From Candidatus Anderseniibacteriota bacterium (lineage in GTDB: Bacteria > Patescibacteriota > JAUYIX01), in the NCBI GenBank assembly GCA_046350855.1, contig JAXLZM010000001.1:89420-153419 (forward strand): a stretch of DNA of 64,000 nucleotides, in the 5' to 3' direction. Shown here piece after piece: positions 59,619-64,000 of this stretch. The notes below the pieces were generated by a model, which did no database searches, was not told the origin of the DNA, and worked only from the letters and a program-made list of their open reading frames with translations. Within the stretch, counting starts at the first letter, position 1, and the number at the start of each line of letters is the position of its first letter. Position numbers and translations under genes: made by a program.

Positions 59619-60857
59619 TTACGGCAAGAGGGATTTAAACCACCCTTTGAGCTTACCCACGGTGTTGCCGACCGCACCAAAGCGCTGTGCGGGAGCACGC
59701 CCACGTGCGTGCAGATCTGCCGCCCACAAGACTAAGCCCACCGCCGTGGCATAGGCCGGATCGTCTATTTTATCGACGGCAAAGGGCAACTCCTTAGGGA
59801 ACCCGACTTGCACCGGTAACTTAAGGGTCTTTTTAGCCACATCAATCATGCCGGGCATCTTAGCGGCTGCTCCACTCAAGACGACCCCGGCGGGTAGCTT
59901 GCCGCTACGGCGCAAGCGCTTAAACTCATGATCCACCATTTCAAAAATCTCGGCCAAGCGCGCTTCAATAATTTCGGCAACATGCTTTTTGGCGACGGTC
60001 TCGCTCTCGGATGGATCGATCTTGGACAAATCGATCTCCTCGCCCTGTCCAACCTCGGCCGGGTTGGCAAAGCCATACTCGACCTTGACCTTCTCGGCTA
60101 CATCCACTGAGGTGCGCAGTCCAATCGCGATGTCGTTAGTCACATGTCCACCCCCAATTGGCAGAACCGTCGAGTAGAGCAACTCCCCCTCCTCAAACAC
60201 GGCAATACCGGTCGTGGCACCTCCAATGTCCACCAACGCCACACCCAATTCTTTTTGGCGCTTAGTCAGCGTGGCCTGTGCTGCCGCCAACGGCGCCAAC
60301 ACCAAGTCCTCGATATCTACCCCTGCCCTAAAAATCGCTTTAGTCGTGTTCTTAATTAAATTAGAGGCGGCATAGATAATGAGCGCCTCGACCTCGAGTC
60401 GCACCCCCGTCATCCCCACGGGATCCTTTACGCCCTTTTGGTCGTCGACGTTAAAGGCCCGTGGAATAATATGGAGAATCTCCTGGTTAGGTGGCATCGA
60501 TACCGCTTGCGCGGCTTCGATTGCGCGCGTGACGTCATCCTCGGTAATCTCGCCGTCCGCCTTGGCCACCGCGATGACCCCTTTAGAGGTCTGCGAAGTA
60601 ATCTGATCAGCCGAGACGCTCACAAAAGCGGCCTCGACCGCGGAGCCCACCATCCGTTCGGCTTTTTCTAGGGCACCCGAGATGGAGGAGACCGCCTCTT
60701 CCAGATCCACCACGACCCCTTTACGGATGCCGCCGGCTGGATGTTCACCCAGCCCAACAATAGACGGCAATTGCCGCTCTGGATCCATTTTTCCGATGAC
60801 AACTCGAACACTGGACGAACCAATATCGAGTCCTACGAGGAGATCGTCTTTAGGCAT
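59619..60857 (-). CDS. ftsA: cell division protein FtsA
   Basis: 412 aa with the actin-like fold, starting LLVGLDIGSSSVRVVIG and containing VDIGGATTGIAVF. Confidence 0.9.
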   Translation of the reverse strand: MPKDDLLVGLDIGSSSVRVVIGKMDPERQLPSIVGLGEHPAGGIRKGVVVDLEEAVSSISGALEKAERMVGSAVEAAFVSVSADQITSQTSKGVIAVAKADGEITEDDVTRAIEAAQAVSMPPNQEILHIIPRAFNVDDQKGVKDPVGMTGVRLEVEALIIYAASNLIKNTTKAIFRAGVDIEDLVLAPLAAAQATLTKRQKELGVALVDIGGATTGIAVFEEGELLYSTVLPIGGGHVTNDIAIGLRTSVDVAEKVKVEYGFANPAEVGQGEEIDLSKIDPSESETVAKKHVAEIIEARLAEIFEMVDHEFKRLRRSGKLPAGVVLSGAAAKMPGMIDVAKKTLKLPVQVGFPKELPFAVDKIDDPAYATAVGLVLWAADLHARGRAPAQRFGAVGNTVGKLKGWFKSLLP

Positions 60858-60875
60858 AGAGGAAAGTTCTGCTCC

Positions 60876-61250
60876 CTAGAGTATACCAAAAACCGCTAAA
60901 AGACGTGGAATAAAGAGCCAAAAGCCCACTGCGGCGGCGGCCACACTCGCCACGAGCACGGCAGCAGCACTGACGTCCTTGGCGATCTTGATTTGCGGGT
61001 CAAAGTGCGGGGTCTGCACGTCCGAGAGGCGCTCAAAGCCGGTATTGACCAACTCGAGCGACAAAACTAACCCGATCATGAGCATAAGGATGAACCACTC
61101 ATCCAGGCCAATCCCAAGGACCGCCCCGAGTAACACAGCTAGCACCCCGAGTCCGACCTCGATTCTAAAATTAAGCTCGTGCCGCAGAGCATACCCCAGT
61201 CCTTGCAAGGCGGCTTTGAGACTGTTGATATTGTAGCGCGACTTAGCCAT
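60876..61250 (-). CDS. dgkA: diacylglycerol kinase / undecaprenol kinase family (DgkA)
   Basis: Three TM helices and the DgkA motifs (E..N.G.E, AKD..AAAV). The start is likely MAKSRYN. Confidence 0.65.
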   Translation of the reverse strand: MAKSRYNINSLKAALQGLGYALRHELNFRIEVGLGVLAVLLGAVLGIGLDEWFILMLMIGLVLSLELVNTGFERLSDVQTPHFDPQIKIAKDVSAAAVLVASVAAAAVGFWLFIPRLLAVFGIL

Positions 61251-61773
61251 CTCGCTTACTAGGATACACGAACTCCCGCACGAGCAAGCCCTGGCCCTGG
61301 GCGGCCTTTTTGAGGGTCGGGATCGCAGCAATCACCCGTTCCTCAGCCCGTTGCATAGCTTTGCGCTGACGTTCACCGGCCTCGTGATCAAACTGCAGTA
61401 CGTGCAGCAACCCATGCAAAAACAGCAGGCAGAACTCCGTGCCGAGCGAGGTACCACTCTGCCGAGCGTCCTTGGCGGCTTGCTTGGGCGAGATCAAGAC
61501 CTCGCCTAGCAGCAACGGCTGGCCCACCCCAATGCGGTTGGGCGGTCGCACAAACGAAAACGAGAGCACGTTGGTCGTGCCGTGTTTGCCGCGATACATC
61601 TGGTTAAGTTGCCGCATGGCGCTGTCACTCACAAAAACGAGACTGGTCTCGGTCGGGCGATGCGCAAATTTTTTACCAACCTGGGCGAGCGTTATCTTCA
61701 AGATACGTTCAAGCAGCGCCGTAGGCGCCTTAGTGCCAACCCGATCGTTGATTTTGAGTTGATGCGCGGCCAC
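61243..61773 (-). CDS. ybeY: rRNA maturation endoribonuclease YbeY
   Basis: Contains HGLLHVLQFDH, the H-x3-H-x5-H zinc motif. Confidence 0.8.
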   Translation of the reverse strand: MAAHQLKINDRVGTKAPTALLERILKITLAQVGKKFAHRPTETSLVFVSDSAMRQLNQMYRGKHGTTNVLSFSFVRPPNRIGVGQPLLLGEVLISPKQAAKDARQSGTSLGTEFCLLFLHGLLHVLQFDHEAGERQRKAMQRAEERVIAAIPTLKKAAQGQGLLVREFVYPSKRDG

Positions 61774-61779
61774 TTGGAA

Positions 61780-62226
61780 CTAACCCAGCAGCTTTTTGAC
61801 CAGCTGGTTGACCGCCTTAAGATCGGCGCGACCTTTGAGTTCTTTGGAGACGATCCCCATCACCTTGCCCATCTCTTTGACACTCGTAGCACCCGTTTTT
61901 TTGATGGCAGCTTTGACGGCAGCCTCGACGTCGGCCTCGCTCATTTGCGCTGGTAAGTATTTTTGCAGCATGGCCGCCTCTGCCTCCTCCTGTTTGGCGC
62001 GGTCTTCTGCGCCGCCTTTTCTAAATTCGGCCGCAGCGTCTTTGCGTGACTTGACCTCTTTACTAAGTACCGTAATTACGTCCGCATCGGTCAGCTCTTT
62101 TTTGCGTTGGGCAATGCGGTAGTTACCGAGGGCTGACTTGACCATGCTAAGCGTTTGGCGCTTAGCGGCCTCACCACCTTTGAGGGCGGCTTTGATATCG
62201 GCGTCGAGTTGCTCGAGAAGTGTCAT
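61780..62226 (-). CDS. GatB/YqeY domain protein
   Basis: 148-aa helical protein of the YqeY family (DIKAALKGGEAAKRQTLSMVKSAL). Confidence 0.75.
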   Translation of the reverse strand: MTLLEQLDADIKAALKGGEAAKRQTLSMVKSALGNYRIAQRKKELTDADVITVLSKEVKSRKDAAAEFRKGGAEDRAKQEEAEAAMLQKYLPAQMSEADVEAAVKAAIKKTGATSVKEMGKVMGIVSKELKGRADLKAVNQLVKKLLG

Positions 62227-62254
62227 TGGATGAACCGTTTAGCTACAAGTTAGC

Positions 62255-62506
62255 TTACGGTCGGCGGCCGCGACCACGGCGTTCATTACCCATGGGCAGC
62301 TTGCCCAGCTTACGAGCCAGGTCTTTTTCGGCCTTGAGTTCGGCCGAGCGAATAGCGGATTTACGCTGCAAATTGCGACTCTTTTTACGCTCAAAAAAAC
62401 GGCTCTTACGAGCATCGTACAGACGGCCAGACTGCATAACGCGCTTGTTAAAGCGGCGAATCAGGCTCTCGAGCGACTCTCGTTCTTTGCGTTTTACGTC
62501 AACCAT
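62255..62506 (-). CDS. rpsU: 30S ribosomal protein S21 (bS21)
   Basis: 83 aa with SLESLIRRFNKR and RKSRFFERKKSR matching the S21 pattern. Confidence 0.75.
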   Translation of the reverse strand: MVDVKRKERESLESLIRRFNKRVMQSGRLYDARKSRFFERKKSRNLQRKSAIRSAELKAEKDLARKLGKLPMGNERRGRGRRP

Positions 62507-62553
62507 GTGGCGGCTATCGTACGAATTTGGCTCTTTTTAGTCAAGCGGATGCG

Positions 62554-62901
62554 CTAAGCGCGTTTTCCTGAGATCAGATGAAAGTGCACGTGTCCGACTT
62601 CTTGGCCGCCACCCTTGCCGACCCGGACGAACAGTTGCCAGCCAGTCCTGTCGATGGCGAACTTTTTTGCAAGCGTGGAGGCAACCCGGACGATCCGTCC
62701 GTAGACAGGTTCGTCCGCCTGCGTCAGACCATTGAGATCGGAGTAGTGTTTTTTGGGCACGAGCAAAAGGTGGACGGGCGCAATCGGATGTAGGTCCGCA
62801 AAAACTGCGACGAGTTCATCCTCATACGCAAAGCGAGTCTTGTCGTGCAGTTCACCGGTAGCGATCTTGCAAAAGATGCAGCCCGGATCGCGGTCGGACA
62901 T
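62554..62901 (-). CDS. HIT family hydrolase
   Basis: 115 aa containing the histidine triad HVHFHLI. Confidence 0.8.
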   Translation of the reverse strand: MSDRDPGCIFCKIATGELHDKTRFAYEDELVAVFADLHPIAPVHLLLVPKKHYSDLNGLTQADEPVYGRIVRVASTLAKKFAIDRTGWQLFVRVGKGGGQEVGHVHFHLISGKRA

Positions 62902-62904
62902 GGC

Positions 62905-64000
62905 CTATTGCAAACGCTTTTTGACCTCGGCGACGAGGCGCGCCAAGGGCACGATCTCCTGCACCCCGTTAACCATGTCACGCACGATGATGGTCTCATC
63001 CAGCGTCTCTTTTTGGCCGAGAATGAGGGTGAGGGGCACACCCAACTTGGTGGCTTGCTCGATTTGCGTGGTGATAGCGTTTTTACCAAAACCCTCGATC
63101 ACTTTAATGCCGGCGTCGCGTAGCTGATCAAAGACTTTGAGGGCCTTCTTTTTAGCCATGGCTGAGAGTTGGGCCAAATAAACATCTGCCTTGCGAGCTT
63201 GCTGAATCTTAATGGCCTGCTCTTGCATAGCAAGGAGCAGGTGGTCAGCGTAGCCAGTTACTCCCACGGCGGGCATCGGTCGTCCACCCATTTTTTCGAT
63301 GAGGTCATCGTAGCGGCCGCCTTCAAACAAAATGCGGGGACGCTCGCTCTTCTCTGGCAGAACCGAGAACACCGTACGCGTGTAGTAGTCTACGTCGGGT
63401 ACCAGGTGTGGGTTTAGCGCGTAAGGAATCTCTAAGTCATCCAAAAACTCGAGGGTCTCGGTAAAGTGCTTGTGGCAGATCTCGCAGAGATGATCGATAA
63501 TTTGGGGCGCATCTTTGGCAAGGCGCGCACATTTTTCTTCGTTACAGGCCAGGAGTCGCATTGGGTTAGAGGTGCGGCGCTTGCGACATTTTTTACAGAG
63601 GGCGTTGTGGCGTGACTCGTAGAATTCTTTGAGTTGCTGCGTGTAAGTGGGGCGGCAGTCCAGACAGCCTACCGTGTTGACCTGGATCACAATGTTGGCT
63701 AAGCCGAGGTGCTTAATGATTTTGTGTACCATTTGTATAATCTGCGCATCCAGCACTGGATTTTTTTCGCCGACGAGTTCAAACCCAAACGTGGTCAGTT
63801 CCCGCAGGGAACCCTGTGCTAGGGGCACCACTCTAAAGACCGGCCCGGCCGTCCAGAGTCGTACCGGTTTGTCTTGACCGGAGAACTTATCCTGCGCAAA
63901 AGCTCTAGCCAAACCGGGACGGTGATCCGGTCGCAGAGCGATCGGGTCACCACTCTTGCCAGTCACCCTAAAGAGCTGCTCCTCAATAATATCCGTCTCG
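62905..64000 (-). CDS. hisS: histidine--tRNA ligase (5' part beyond window end)
   Basis: Class II motif 2 (GPVFR...RELTTFGFE), motif 3 (GGRYDDL) and a Cys-rich insertion. The gene continues past position 64000. Confidence 0.85.
   Translation of the reverse strand, partial: ETDIIEEQLFRVTGKSGDPIALRPDHRPGLARAFAQDKFSGQDKPVRLWTAGPVFRVVPLAQGSLRELTTFGFELVGEKNPVLDAQIIQMVHKIIKHLGLANIVIQVNTVGCLDCRPTYTQQLKEFYESRHNALCKKCRKRRTSNPMRLLACNEEKCARLAKDAPQIIDHLCEICHKHFTETLEFLDDLEIPYALNPHLVPDVDYYTRTVFSVLPEKSERPRILFEGGRYDDLIEKMGGRPMPAVGVTGYADHLLLAMQEQAIKIQQARKADVYLAQLSAMAKKKALKVFDQLRDAGIKVIEGFGKNAITTQIEQATKLGVPLTLILGQKETLDETIIVRDMVNGVQEIVPLARLVAEVKKRLQ

Noticed and set aside
62905-63966. Cys-rich insertion (CLDC...CKKC...CNEEKC...CEIC) in HisRS as a novel zinc domain
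   Set aside because: Several Gram-positive-type HisRS carry Cys pairs in the insertion domain. Without an alignment I cannot claim this is unusual.

Overview
This window is a gene-dense stretch of bacterial chromosome, about 60% GC, with nearly all genes on the minus strand. Its core is a complete S10-spc ribosomal-protein supercluster (rpsJ through rplO, then secY, adk, map, ruvX) followed by tuf. uL30 is missing between rpsE and rplO, and many r-proteins carry terminal extensions. That pattern fits a Candidate Phyla Radiation / Patescibacteria-like organism, though this is an inference and not proven. The str operon (rpsL-rpsG-fusA) is present but separated from tuf by a block of about 5 kb holding pyrG, a glyoxalase-family gene, two membrane proteins and a plus-strand multi-HTH zinc-ribbon regulator.

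Other content:
- Division genes ftsE/ftsX, ftsB-like, and ftsA plus ftsZ. An unknown 568-aa gene sits between ftsA and ftsZ.
- A cell-envelope glycan locus (WbaP-like transferase, three GT4 genes, a DUF4012-like protein, MurJ), followed by mscS, lepA and a formylglutamate-amidohydrolase-like gene.
- A recJ-rnhA-kinase-like operon that ends in an RNase P RNA gene. The ORF track misses this RNA.
- prfB with its classic +1 programmed frameshift (CTT TGA C).
- tRNA-Gln(CUG) and tRNA-Thr(CGU).
- rpmB, ndk, a split ComEC (membrane and MBL domains as separate genes), pyrF-like, dgkA, ybeY, yqeY, rpsU, a HIT gene and a partial hisS.

The items most worth a second look:
- An ncRNA locus of about 440 nt, bracketed by a promoter and a terminator, upstream of rpsL. 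Its 5' end has a tmRNA-like motif but no canonical T-arm/CCA was found.
- A three-gene operon (PIN nuclease, Zn-ribbon protein, small basic protein) fused to prfB next to tRNA-Thr.
- The gene inserted between ftsA and ftsZ.
- The multi-HTH protein with divergent consensus promoters at the str-operon breakpoint.

No CRISPR arrays, rRNA genes or clear transposases were seen. Many long antisense ORFs are artefacts of the high GC content.
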